A stretch of DNA of 63,136 nt, counting the filler. It is 4 parts of 4 records of this genome, joined end to end, with 100 filler letters (N's around TTAATTAATTAA, not from the genome) between each part and the next. Parts side by side here need not be neighbours in the genome. Positions count along the whole stretch, not along the records: positions 21,579 to 51,664 come from SRR20825010_647; positions 51,765 to 57,414 come from SRR20825010_655; positions 57,515 to 63,136 come from SRR20825010_660; 1 more part is not named here. The stretch is one strand, 5' to 3'. The stretch's first letter is position 1; each line of letters starts with the position of its first letter. The notes under the pieces were generated by a model. It did no database searches. It was not told the DNA's origin and saw nothing but the letters and a program-made list of their open reading frames with translations. This document shows positions 51,288 through 60,005 of the stretch, piece by piece. The position numbers and the translations under genes were made by a program.

Positions 51288-51664
51288 TTGGGCTTGGATT
51301 CAAGTAGGTGACTTGGAAAACTGATGTAATTTTTTTTCACAATCTTGCTGATGGCTTTAATGTTTGGCAAGTCTGAAGCCTGAGCTACATCCATGACCAC
51401 CCCATTTTTCATCAATATTTTGATGCTCTCATCCTTAACGATATAAGCGGAATTGCTGATTGTACCGGTTCGGATCAGGTATTTGATATCGGCCTGTGGT
51501 ATTTTTTGCGCGATTAGTTTGCCTTCAAGTTTTTTGATAAACGCTGGTTCTATTTTTTCATTGGAAAGCACAATTTTGAATAATCGTCGTGAGATCAGGT
51601 CATTACTGAGCGTCCGAAGGATCATGTCTTCATGAAACAACCACTGCTTGATCGACCCCCAAAT
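51284..51664 (-). CDS. C-terminal part of a Bacteroidota HD-domain phosphohydrolase (5' truncated)
   Basis: Frame open from the contig end: IWGSIKQW..HED.IL..LS..L..RRLFK, SNSAY, IKILMKNG..DVAQASD, VKKNYISFP. Confidence 0.75.
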   Translation of the reverse strand: MWGSIKQWLFHEDMILRTLSNDLISRRLFKIVLSNEKIEPAFIKKLEGKLIAQKIPQADIKYLIRTGTISNSAYIVKDESIKILMKNGVVMDVAQASDLPNIKAISKIVKKNYISFPSHLLESKPK

Positions 51665-51764
51665 NNNNNNNNNNNNNNNNNNNNNNNNNNNNNNNNNNNN
51701 NNNNNNNNTTAATTAATTAANNNNNNNNNNNNNNNNNNNNNNNNNNNNNNNNNNNNNNNNNNNN
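51665..51764. other. Artificial contig linker
   Basis: N44-TTAATTAATTAA-N44. Confidence 0.99.
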
Positions 51765-52272
51765 AACCAATGAGCGAGGCCAAGGGCATGATGGCCAAGC
51801 AACCCACGTCTTCCAGCTTGCGGGCGTAAATGGGGTCGTCTGAACAATACACCATGACATCGAACCCATCGGCCACCAGTTCTTTGGCGGCAATCAGCGT
51901 TTCTTCCATGTCGGGGTACAGGTTGGTGGGGTCGCCCAGCACTTCGAGTTTGCACAGGTTGTGGCCATCCAGCAGCTCGCGGCCCAGGCGCAGCGTGCGC
52001 ACCGCGTCTTTGGCGGTGTAGCAGCCAGCCGAGTTGGGCAGGTAGGTGAATTGGCTGGGGGCAATGTAATCGAGCAGGCTGGCTTCACCAGCGTTTTGGC
52101 CAATGTTGGTGCGGCGAATGGCCACGGTCACAATTTCAGCGCCACTTTCAGTGATCGCGTCGCGGGTTTCGTCCAGGCTGGTATATTTGCCTGTGCCCAC
52201 CAGCAAGCGGCTGGTAAATTCACGGTTGCCAACTTTCCAGGTGTCGTTGGCTTTTTCGATAGACGTGTTCAT
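51765..52272 (-). CDS. thiG: Thiazole synthase (3' truncated)
   Basis: [43 protein letters not shown]. Confidence 0.96.
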
Positions 52273-52293
52273 GGGGGAACTGCTCCTGATTGT

Positions 52294-52497
52294 TTAGCCG
52301 CCGCCCACCGCAACCACGATTTCCAGGTTTGCGCCTGTGGGAAGCTGCGTGGTCGAATGTTGGCTTTTGGGCACAATTTCACCGTTCAATTCCACGGCAA
52401 TGCGCTTGCCCGTTAGTTCAAGGCTTTCCACAAGGTGGGCCACAGTGCTGTTCTCGGGCATTTCACGATTTTCACCGTTGACTGTAACTTGAATCAT
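52294..52497 (-). CDS. thiS: Sulfur carrier protein ThiS
   Basis: VNGE, IAVELNGEIVP, C-terminal VGGG. Confidence 0.96.
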   Translation of the reverse strand: MIQVTVNGENREMPENSTVAHLVESLELTGKRIAVELNGEIVPKSQHSTTQLPTGANLEIVVAVGGG

Positions 52498-52638
52498 GGC
52501 TTGAGCGAATGAGGTTCTGTAAGTTTGCTACTATCGATTAACGCGATAAACAAACCGCACCAATCTTGATTGAGAACTTTGATTCTCTCATTATCTGAAA
52601 ACGAAATAACCGCGCGGCGCACAGAAACCGGAGCCTAC

Positions 52639-53595
52639 ATGCACTCAGTTGTTCATTTGTTGAAAAGTACCACCTTCCCCAGCGTGAAGCGCTTGAGCCT
52701 GGAGACCATTCAGGTGAATCTGGGTTACCTGTGCAACCAAAGCTGTACCCATTGCCATGTGAATGCAGGCCCGAACCGAACTGAGCTGATGCAGGATGAA
52801 CAGATCGACCAGTTAATTGTGCTGATGAATCAGGGTTGGGTTAAGAAGCTGGACCTTACCGGCGGTGCGCCCGAGATGAATCCGCGATTCAAGCGCCTGG
52901 TGGTGGCCGCTCGCAAGGCGGGCGTGCATGTGATTGACCGCTGCAACCTGACGATTCTTGGCGAACCGGGGTATGAGGATTTGGCGCAATTTCTCGCTGA
53001 CAACGAAGTTGAAATTTTTGCGTCCCTTCCTTGTTACCTTGAAGACAACGTGGACAAGCAACGCGGCAAGGGTGTGTTTGACGCCAGCATTGCCGGCTTG
53101 CAAAAACTGAATGCGCTGGGTTATGGCGACAAACTGCGTTTGACTTTGGTGTTCAACCCCCAAGGCCCGGCATTGCCACCCCCGCAAGAAGCACTGGAAG
53201 CCGATTACAAGGCTGTTTTGTTCGAGAAGTTTGGCATTCGATTCACCGGTTTGGTGACGATTACCAACATGCCGATTGCACGATTTGGCAGCACCTTGAT
53301 CAGCAAGGGTACTTTCGAGACGTACATGAACACCTTGAAAGGTGCGTATCGGGAAAGCAACCTGGCGGCAGTCATGTGCCGCAGCCTTGTGTCGATCGAT
53401 TACGAAGGCAAGCTTTACGATTGCGACTTCAACCAGCAGTTGGGTTGGCCTGTGCGCGATTCACAGGGCCGTGCTTTAACTTTGGCTGATTTAACGCAAA
53501 CCGCGCTTGATTCAATCGAGGTGGTGGTGGGCGACCACTGCTATGGTTGTACGGCGGGTCAGGGCAGCAGTTGCGGCGGTGCTTTGGCCGCCTGA
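52639..53595 (+). CDS. arsS: Radical SAM (seleno)protein, ArsS family
   Basis: QVNLGYLCNQSCTHCHVNAGP, DLTGGAPE, DRCNLT, ASLPCY, YDCDFNQ, HCYGCTAGQGSSCGGAL; ATG at 52639 after GGAG. Confidence 0.88.
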   Translation: MHSVVHLLKSTTFPSVKRLSLETIQVNLGYLCNQSCTHCHVNAGPNRTELMQDEQIDQLIVLMNQGWVKKLDLTGGAPEMNPRFKRLVVAARKAGVHVIDRCNLTILGEPGYEDLAQFLADNEVEIFASLPCYLEDNVDKQRGKGVFDASIAGLQKLNALGYGDKLRLTLVFNPQGPALPPPQEALEADYKAVLFEKFGIRFTGLVTITNMPIARFGSTLISKGTFETYMNTLKGAYRESNLAAVMCRSLVSIDYEGKLYDCDFNQQLGWPVRDSQGRALTLADLTQTALDSIEVVVGDHCYGCTAGQGSSCGGALAA

Positions 53596-54911
53596 ATGTG
53601 TTGTTGCTGGCTTTTGTCCATCAGGCGTTTGGCCAGGCGAAGGGCACTTTCTGATTCTTGCGATGCGGATTCCGCCACCTGTTCAACCTGGCTCAACAGG
53701 TTTGACCAAGCGGTTTGATTCACAGCCATGTACTCAGCCAGTTTGTTCGATTCATGCTGACCCGTGTTGATCTTCTGGCTGGCCAGCACCAAACCTTCAA
53801 TTGATTCTTTCAAGGCCTGTTGGCTTTGCTCCACCAATTGCTGAAGTTGGCGACTGTTTTCCGGTTCGGTCAACGTTAATTCCATTTGCGATGCGTCAAG
53901 CCTGCCTAGTAACTGGCGGCTTACTTCACCTGCTTTGCGCAAGCCCTGTGCTGCGCTTCGAATGTCGGATCGCAAGCCCTCAAGCTGTGCCTGCATCATG
54001 CCCATGTGGCTTTCCGCCCGTGCGTTGCGCTGTTCACTGTTCAAAGTCGATTTAACCACTTGCGTGCCCTGGTTGGACAGCTGGTGGAACGATTTGGCAA
54101 ATTGCAGCACAGCGCGGCCGCTTTGGTTTAATTCTTCAAGTTGCTGGCCGATTTGCATCAGTGTGCCCCGGTGTTCCAGCTGTTGGTTGCTGTTCAGTGC
54201 TTTCAACACGCCTTCCAGTGCGGCATGCGCACCTTCGCGCTTCTGGTCATTTTCCTGTTGGCTGTGCAGGGCGCGGCTTAGCATGTGAATACGCCGGTTC
54301 AAGGCCAGTGTTTTTTGGTGGGTAAACCAGTGGAACCCCAGTGACAGACCAATGACCCCAAGCAGCGTACCCAGCCCGAACAGCAGCACCAGGTAACCAT
54401 TGGTGGCCTGGGCAATGTGGTTTTTCAATTGGGCCAGTTTGGGCAGTGTGTCCAGCCGCAACTGGGCTTCCAGCTGGCGTTGGGTTTCCTCGCTGGAATT
54501 GATGCCTGCCACGGGGCGCGACAGCGTTTCAATGGCTTGTGTCAGCAACACTTGAAGGGTCTGGTTGTGCAGGGAGCCGAACCATTGAAAGTGTTTGTTT
54601 TGTTGGCTGACCTGCTGGCCCAGCGACAAAAGCGCTTTCAACCCTTGCGGTTGAATGGTTTCAGTGGACGGGCCGTTCAACGCAATCAATTCCTGCTGAA
54701 TGCGGCCTTCTACCAGAATGAGTTGGGTCAGCTGGAAATTGCGAATGTTGTCAGACTGGTTCTTTGCGAACAAACCGCCAATGAACAACAACAAGGCCGC
54801 GACCAGCAAACCGGCCGAGAACTGGCCCAACTGACGAACAAACTTTGGCCTGACCGGCGTTGGAGCGTGGTCTTCAAACGCTTGGCGTGGGTCAGGCTTT
54901 TGTTCGGTCAT
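53559..54911 (-). CDS. Two-TM membrane protein with long Gln/Leu coiled coil (degenerate MCP-like)
   Basis: TM-periplasmic helical domain-TM-cytoplasmic heptads; lacks the MCP hairpin signature. Confidence 0.65.
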   Translation of the reverse strand: MTEQKPDPRQAFEDHAPTPVRPKFVRQLGQFSAGLLVAALLLFIGGLFAKNQSDNIRNFQLTQLILVEGRIQQELIALNGPSTETIQPQGLKALLSLGQQVSQQNKHFQWFGSLHNQTLQVLLTQAIETLSRPVAGINSSEETQRQLEAQLRLDTLPKLAQLKNHIAQATNGYLVLLFGLGTLLGVIGLSLGFHWFTHQKTLALNRRIHMLSRALHSQQENDQKREGAHAALEGVLKALNSNQQLEHRGTLMQIGQQLEELNQSGRAVLQFAKSFHQLSNQGTQVVKSTLNSEQRNARAESHMGMMQAQLEGLRSDIRSAAQGLRKAGEVSRQLLGRLDASQMELTLTEPENSRQLQQLVEQSQQALKESIEGLVLASQKINTGQHESNKLAEYMAVNQTAWSNLLSQVEQVAESASQESESALRLAKRLMDKSQQQHIQAAKAPPQLLP

Positions 54912-54931
54912 TGATCCATTGGCTTGGGGTT

Positions 54932-55096
54932 TTAGATTTGAGTCATCTCAAAATCTTCTTTGCGGGCGCCACATTCCGGGCAAACCCAGTTTGGTGGAAC
55001 ATCTTCCCATTTGGTGCCGGGGGCAATGCCTTCTTCAGGCAGGCCAGCTGCTTCATCGTATACCCAACCGCAAATCAAACAAATCCAAGTATTCAT
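54932..55096 (-). CDS. Rubredoxin (54 aa; not in ORF track)
   Basis: MNTWICLICGWVYDEAAGLPEEGIAPGTKWEDVPPNWVCPECGARKEDFEMTQI*, two CxxCG motifs. Confidence 0.97.
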   Translation of the reverse strand: MNTWICLICGWVYDEAAGLPEEGIAPGTKWEDVPPNWVCPECGARKEDFEMTQI

Positions 55097-55189
55097 TCTG
55101 AGCTACTTCCAGAAAAAAAATTGCAACGGGTGGATAATACTGAGTTTGGCAGCCGACTACAAAGGTTGTCGGTATTTTTTGGGTTTTCA

Positions 55190-56011
55190 ATGACACTGAC
55201 CGTTCCCTTGGTGCTGACATTTTCAGCATCTGACCCCACTTCTGGCGCGGGTTTGCAGGCCGATGCGCTCACAATTGCAGCGCTGGGCGCGCACCCCTTG
55301 ACTGTGCTCACGGGCTTGACCGCGCAGAATACAGTTGGCGTGACGCGTTTTGAGGCCTGCACCCCCGACTGGATAGAAGCCCAACTACAAGCCTTGCTTG
55401 AAGACGGCATCAAGCCCAGCGCCATTAAAACCGGGGTGTTGGGCAGCTCGGCGGCGGTGGCTGCTGTGTTGAAAGCCAAAGCCTTGTGGCCAGGTGTGCC
55501 GCTGGTGGTTGACCCGGTGCGTGCTTCTGGCCGGGGCGATGCCTTTGGGGGGCAAGTCCTGTTTGACCGCGTTCGAAATGAACTTTTCCCGGTGGTTGAC
55601 CTGTTGACCCCCAATTGGCCCGAGGCGCAGGCATTCACAGGGGCCACCACGGTGGACGAGGCAGGTGCAAGGTTGTTGCAAATGGGTTGCAAGGCGGTTT
55701 TGCTGAAAGGTGAGCACCTTGATTCCGAAGCCGTGGTGAATCGTCTGTATGTGGTTGGCCAGAAAGTGCTCGAGATTCCATGCGAACGCTTGCCGGGGCA
55801 ATACCATGGTTCGGGTTGTACTTTGGCCAGCGCGTGCGCTGTGGGGCTGGGGCAAGGCTTGAATGCAAGGGAGGCTGTTGAGCTGGGGCTTGAATACACC
55901 TGGCAGGCCTTGAATTACGGTTTTTCTGTGGGCCAAGGCCAGCTGATTCCTGACCGCATGCACCTGATGCAGCACTTGGGCGAAGAGGATGACGAGTTTG
56001 ATGAGGAATAA
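55190..56011 (+). CDS. thiD: Hydroxymethylpyrimidine/phosphomethylpyrimidine kinase
   Basis: SDPTSGAGLQAD, TAQNT, IKTG, VVDPV, LTPN..EA, LLKG, HGSGCTLAS; ATG at 55190. Confidence 0.93.
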   Translation: MTLTVPLVLTFSASDPTSGAGLQADALTIAALGAHPLTVLTGLTAQNTVGVTRFEACTPDWIEAQLQALLEDGIKPSAIKTGVLGSSAAVAAVLKAKALWPGVPLVVDPVRASGRGDAFGGQVLFDRVRNELFPVVDLLTPNWPEAQAFTGATTVDEAGARLLQMGCKAVLLKGEHLDSEAVVNRLYVVGQKVLEIPCERLPGQYHGSGCTLASACAVGLGQGLNAREAVELGLEYTWQALNYGFSVGQGQLIPDRMHLMQHLGEEDDEFDEE

Positions 56012-56672
56012 TCCGAGCAGCGTAATTCGGGGCGTTTATGCCATCACACCCGAACGTTCTGCTGTGTGGACTGCCGATGCCATTGTGGATTGTGTGGCCG
56101 CCGCGCTGGAAGGCGGCGTGCGCCTGTTTCAGTGCAGGCAAAAAAATTGGGATCAAACTGAGTTGGTCGAGTTTGTCGGGCAGCTTAACGCCCTGTGCGA
56201 GAAATACGATGCGTCCCTGATTTTGAACGATGTACCGTCCAGCGAGTTTTCAAAATTCAAAGGTGGCGCGGTGGTGGGTGTTCATTTGGGTAAAACCGAC
56301 GAGGCCATTGCGCAGGCGCGGGGCACGCTGGGTGCAAAGTGTGTTGTGGGTGCTTCTTGTTACAATCGGTTTGATTTGGCCGAACAGGCGGTGCGCGATG
56401 GCGCAAGTTACGTGGCCTTTGGGGCCATGTACCCCAGTAGCACCAAGCCCAATGCCGTGCGGGCAGAACCCGAATTGTTTGCGAATGCGCGTGAATTGGG
56501 TGTGCCCACTGTGGCCATTGGTGGAATAACACTGGCGCGTGTGCCTGAATTGATGGCGGCCGGTGCCCACGCCGTGGCTGTGGTGAATGGTTTGTTTGGA
56601 ATGGAACCCGATGCGGCGCAGGTTTGCAGTGTGGCGCAGCAGTGGGTGGATGCAGTTAATGAATGCAGTTAA
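55989..56672 (+). CDS. thiE: Thiamine-phosphate synthase
   Basis: GVYAIT, QCRQK, LND, GVHLG, GASCYN, YVAFG..PSSTKP, VAIGGIT. Confidence 0.93.
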   Translation: MTSLMRNNPSSVIRGVYAITPERSAVWTADAIVDCVAAALEGGVRLFQCRQKNWDQTELVEFVGQLNALCEKYDASLILNDVPSSEFSKFKGGAVVGVHLGKTDEAIAQARGTLGAKCVVGASCYNRFDLAEQAVRDGASYVAFGAMYPSSTKPNAVRAEPELFANARELGVPTVAIGGITLARVPELMAAGAHAVAVVNGLFGMEPDAAQVCSVAQQWVDAVNECS

Positions 56673-56690
56673 TTACTCGGAGTTTTGAGA

Positions 56691-57414
56691 ATGAGTGGTA
56701 AAGAAGTGAGCCAGAACGAAGTGTTGTTTGAACGCGCACAAAAAACGATTCCCGGTGGCGTAAATTCGCCGGTACGCGCATTCCGTTCCGTGGGTGGTAC
56801 GCCGCGTTTTTTCAAGCGTGCCAATGGCCCGTATGTTTGGGACGCCGATGACAAACGCTACATTGATTACATTGGTTCCTGGGGCCCCGCCGTATTGGGT
56901 CATGCCCACCCGGAAGTGATCAAGGCCGTGCAGGAAGCCGCTGTGGGTGGACTAAGCTTTGGTGCGCCCACCGAGGGCGAAATCGTGATGGCTGAAACAC
57001 TGTGCGAGATGCTGCCTTCCATGGAGCAAGTGCGTTTGGTGAGTTCCGGTACAGAAGCCACCATGAGCGCCATTCGTCTGGCCCGTGGTTTCACCGGGCG
57101 CGACACGATCGTGAAATTTGAAGGTTGCTACCATGGCCATGCCGACAGCCTGTTGGTGAAAGCCGGTTCAGGTTTGCTGACATTTGGCAACCCAACCTCG
57201 GCTGGTGTGCCAGAAGATTTTGCCAAGCACACGCGTGTGCTTGATTACAACGATGTGGAGCAATTGCACGCCTTGTTCAAAGCCAATGGCAGCAGCATTG
57301 CCTGCGTGATCGTAGAGCCGGTTGCGGGCAATATGAATTTGATCAAACCCACCCACGAGTTTTTGAATACGCTGCGCGAGTTGTGTACCCAGCATGGTGC
57401 GGTGTTGATATTCG
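56691..57414 (+). CDS. hemL: Glutamate-1-semialdehyde 2,1-aminomutase (3' truncated)
   Basis: [53 protein letters not shown]. Confidence 0.97.
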
Positions 57415-57514
57415 NNNNNNNNNNNNNNNNNNNNNNNNNNNNNNNNNNNNNNNNNNNNTTAATTAATTAANNNNNNNNNNNNNNNNNNNNNNNNNNNNNN
57501 NNNNNNNNNNNNNN
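57415..57514. other. Artificial contig linker
   Basis: N44-TTAATTAATTAA-N44; GC rises sharply after it. Confidence 0.99.
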
Positions 57515-58677
57515 CGTGGCTCTTGCTCGGCAAGGACTTTGCCTTCGCACTGGAACGCACGGTCACCGTCATGGTGATCGCGTGCCCGCACGCCCTCGGT
57601 TTGGCCGTGCCGCTTGTGGTGGCGGTCTCGACCGCCATCTCCGCGCGCAACGGCCTGCTCATCCGTGACCGAACCGCCTTCGAGGCAGCGCGCGGCCTCG
57701 ACGCGATCGTGTTCGACAAGACCGGGACGCTGACGGAGGGACGATTCGGCGTCACCGACATCATCCCGCTCGGCGACATGGACGAGACGAGGATCCTCAC
57801 GCTCGCGGCCTCGATCGAGAGTCAGTCGGAGCACCCGATCGCCGCTGGTGTCGTGCGCAGCGCCGAGGAACGCGACATCCGTCCACCGCAGCCGAAGGGC
57901 TTCCGTGCGATCCCAGGCAAGGGGGCCGAGGCGACGGTCGAAGGGACCAACATCAAGGTCGTCAGCCCCGGCTATCTCCGTGAAGCCAGCATCGAGATCG
58001 AGAGCGGCGAAGTGAATCGGGTAGCGGACGAGGGCAAGACGGTCGTGTTTGTGCTCGCGGACGACCGACTCGTCGGCGCGATCGCGCTAGCCGATGTGAT
58101 CAGGCCGGAGTCCCGCGAGGCCATCGACCGGCTCAAGGCGATGGGCGTGCGCGTCATGATGCTGACCGGGGACGCGCAGGCTGTGGCCGATTGGGTCTCG
58201 CGCGAGCTGGGACTCGACGAGGTGTTCGCCCAGGTGCTCCCCGACCAAAAGGCCGAGAAGATCAAGGAGATACAGTCCCGGGGCTTGCGCGTCGCGATGA
58301 CCGGCGACGGGGTCAACGACGCGCCGGCGCTCACCCAGGCCGATGTCGGGATTGCGGTCGGGGCCGGCACCGATGTCGCCATCGAGTCCGCCGACATCGT
58401 GCTGGTGCGCTCGGATCCACGCGATGTGACGGCGATAGTCGAACTCGCCCGCGCCACCTACGGAAAGATGGTTCAAAACTTGTGGTGGGCTGCGGGTTAC
58501 AACATCTTCGCCATTCCGCTGGCTGCGGGCGTGCTGGCATCGGTTGGGATTCTGCTCACGCCGGCCTTCGGCGCTGTGCTGATGTCTGCGTCAACCGTGA
58601 TCGTTTCCATCAACGCCCGTCTCCTGCGTGTCCATCGGGACGACGGGAGCGGCTCTGGAAGGGACGGTGCATCATGA
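57515..58677 (+). CDS. P1B-type copper-translocating ATPase, CPH (P1B-3/CopB-like) subtype (5' truncated)
   Basis: [52 protein letters not shown]. Confidence 0.92.
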
Positions 58678-60005
58678 AACTACGCGCACTTAGAACACTC
58701 ATCGTGCTGTTCCTGCTCGTCTTGCTCATCTCTAGCCTCGGGCACAGCGGCATGGCGATGGGCGGCGGGTGGGCGTGGATCTTCCTGCTGATGGTGTTCG
58801 CCTCATTCTTCTTGCTGATGGGTGGACTGTGCGGGCATGGAAGCCATGGCCATGGGGGACACAGCCTTGGAGAAGGACACGCCCCGAAGGCTCTGCGGCC
58901 GCCGGATGTGGATACCGCCGACATCTTCCTGCCCGAGAGCGAGCGACGCGTGGGGGCGGCGACGGTCCGCGAGGGGCGGTTGCTGGCACCGGCCGACGAC
59001 GCGATGACACGCCTTCGGGAACGCTTCAGCGGCACCGGGTGGACGCCGCTGCTGACGCCCACCGAGGATGGCGCCCCATCGCTTGCACTGCTTCCCATCG
59101 CGCTCGATCGCGGTGAGCAACTCGGGCAGCGGTACTGGCTACATGCCCTGCTCCTCGTCGCCACCCTGGCGACGACGGTTTGGGCTGGAGCGCTGCATCA
59201 GGGCATCAACCTGCTTCAGGAGCCGGGACGCTTCACTGCGGGACTGCCGTACTCCCTCGGGCTGATGCTCATTCTTGGCACTCACGAAATGGGCCACTAC
59301 ATCGCCGCACGAAAGCACGGCATTAATGTTTCGCTGCCGTACTTCATCCCGGTCCCGTTTGCGTTAGGCACATTCGGCGCGTTCATCTCGCTCCGATCAC
59401 CGGCGCCCTCGCGCCGTGCCCTGTTCGACATGGCCGTCGCTGGCCCGTTGGCCGGTCTCGTCGTTGCCATTCCCGCCTTGCTGATCGGCCTGCCCATGTC
59501 CACGGTCTCCGAGGCGGCACCGGCCGCGATGGCTATGCACGGCGGGGGCGTCAACGTGGGTTCGTCGCTTCTCTTGGCCACGCTCGCGAGTCTCGGGCTT
59601 GGTGACAACCTCACCGGGCACGTGATCCTCCTGCATCCGCTCGCCTTCGCCGGCTGGCTGGGGCTCCTGGTGACCGCGCTCAATCTTCTGCCTATCGGGC
59701 AGCTCGACGGCGGGCACATCTCGGATGCGATGTTCGGCCAGCGCCGCAGCGCCATGATCGGGACGGCCGCGCTCGTCGCTCTGTTCGGGCTCGGGATCTT
59801 TGTATGGTCCGGCCTGCTCTTTTGGGCGTTCATCGTCTGGTTTATTGCGGGGCGCAAAGGGATCCCGCCGCTCAATGACATCACCCCCCTGAGCACGGGC
59901 CGCTTGGCGCTGGGATGGTTCGCCTTGGTGATCCTTGCGGCGATTCTGGTCCCCGTTCCCCACGAGCTATTCGAGTCGTTGGGTATCCAGTGCCCCTACC
60001 TGTAA
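58674..60005 (+). CDS. M50 site-2 metalloprotease with N-terminal hydrophobic His/Cys-rich extension
   Basis: HEMGH, LPYFIP, GTFGAFI, AGPLAG, NLLPIGQLDGGH; ATG at 58674 overlaps the ATPase stop (ATGA). Confidence 0.9.
   Translation: MKLRALRTLIVLFLLVLLISSLGHSGMAMGGGWAWIFLLMVFASFFLLMGGLCGHGSHGHGGHSLGEGHAPKALRPPDVDTADIFLPESERRVGAATVREGRLLAPADDAMTRLRERFSGTGWTPLLTPTEDGAPSLALLPIALDRGEQLGQRYWLHALLLVATLATTVWAGALHQGINLLQEPGRFTAGLPYSLGLMLILGTHEMGHYIAARKHGINVSLPYFIPVPFALGTFGAFISLRSPAPSRRALFDMAVAGPLAGLVVAIPALLIGLPMSTVSEAAPAAMAMHGGGVNVGSSLLLATLASLGLGDNLTGHVILLHPLAFAGWLGLLVTALNLLPIGQLDGGHISDAMFGQRRSAMIGTAALVALFGLGIFVWSGLLFWAFIVWFIAGRKGIPPLNDITPLSTGRLALGWFALVILAAILVPVPHELFESLGIQCPYL

Noticed and set aside
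51709..51764. ORF-track proteins ending in XXXXLIN (also near 57459-57470)
   Set aside because: Translation through the artificial linker; the real genes are simply truncated.
52498..52638. TPP riboswitch upstream of thiS-thiG, or a Fur box upstream of arsS
   Set aside because: No TPP aptamer core (GCTGAGA, CCTGA..GATAAT..CGTAGG) seen on the thiS strand; only a half Fur site (TCATTATC).
53572..53574. Selenocysteine in the ArsS C-terminal GSS(U/C)GG motif
   Set aside because: The codon is TGC (Cys), not TGA.
54860..55189. N-terminal extension of ThiD (383-aa ORF)
   Set aside because: It is the antisense of rubredoxin and the neighbouring gene; ThiD motifs start after 55190.
58191..58673. 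604-aa version of the site-2 protease
   Set aside because: The first 161 codons are an Arg-rich off-frame shadow of the ATPase; ATG 58674 is the coupled start.
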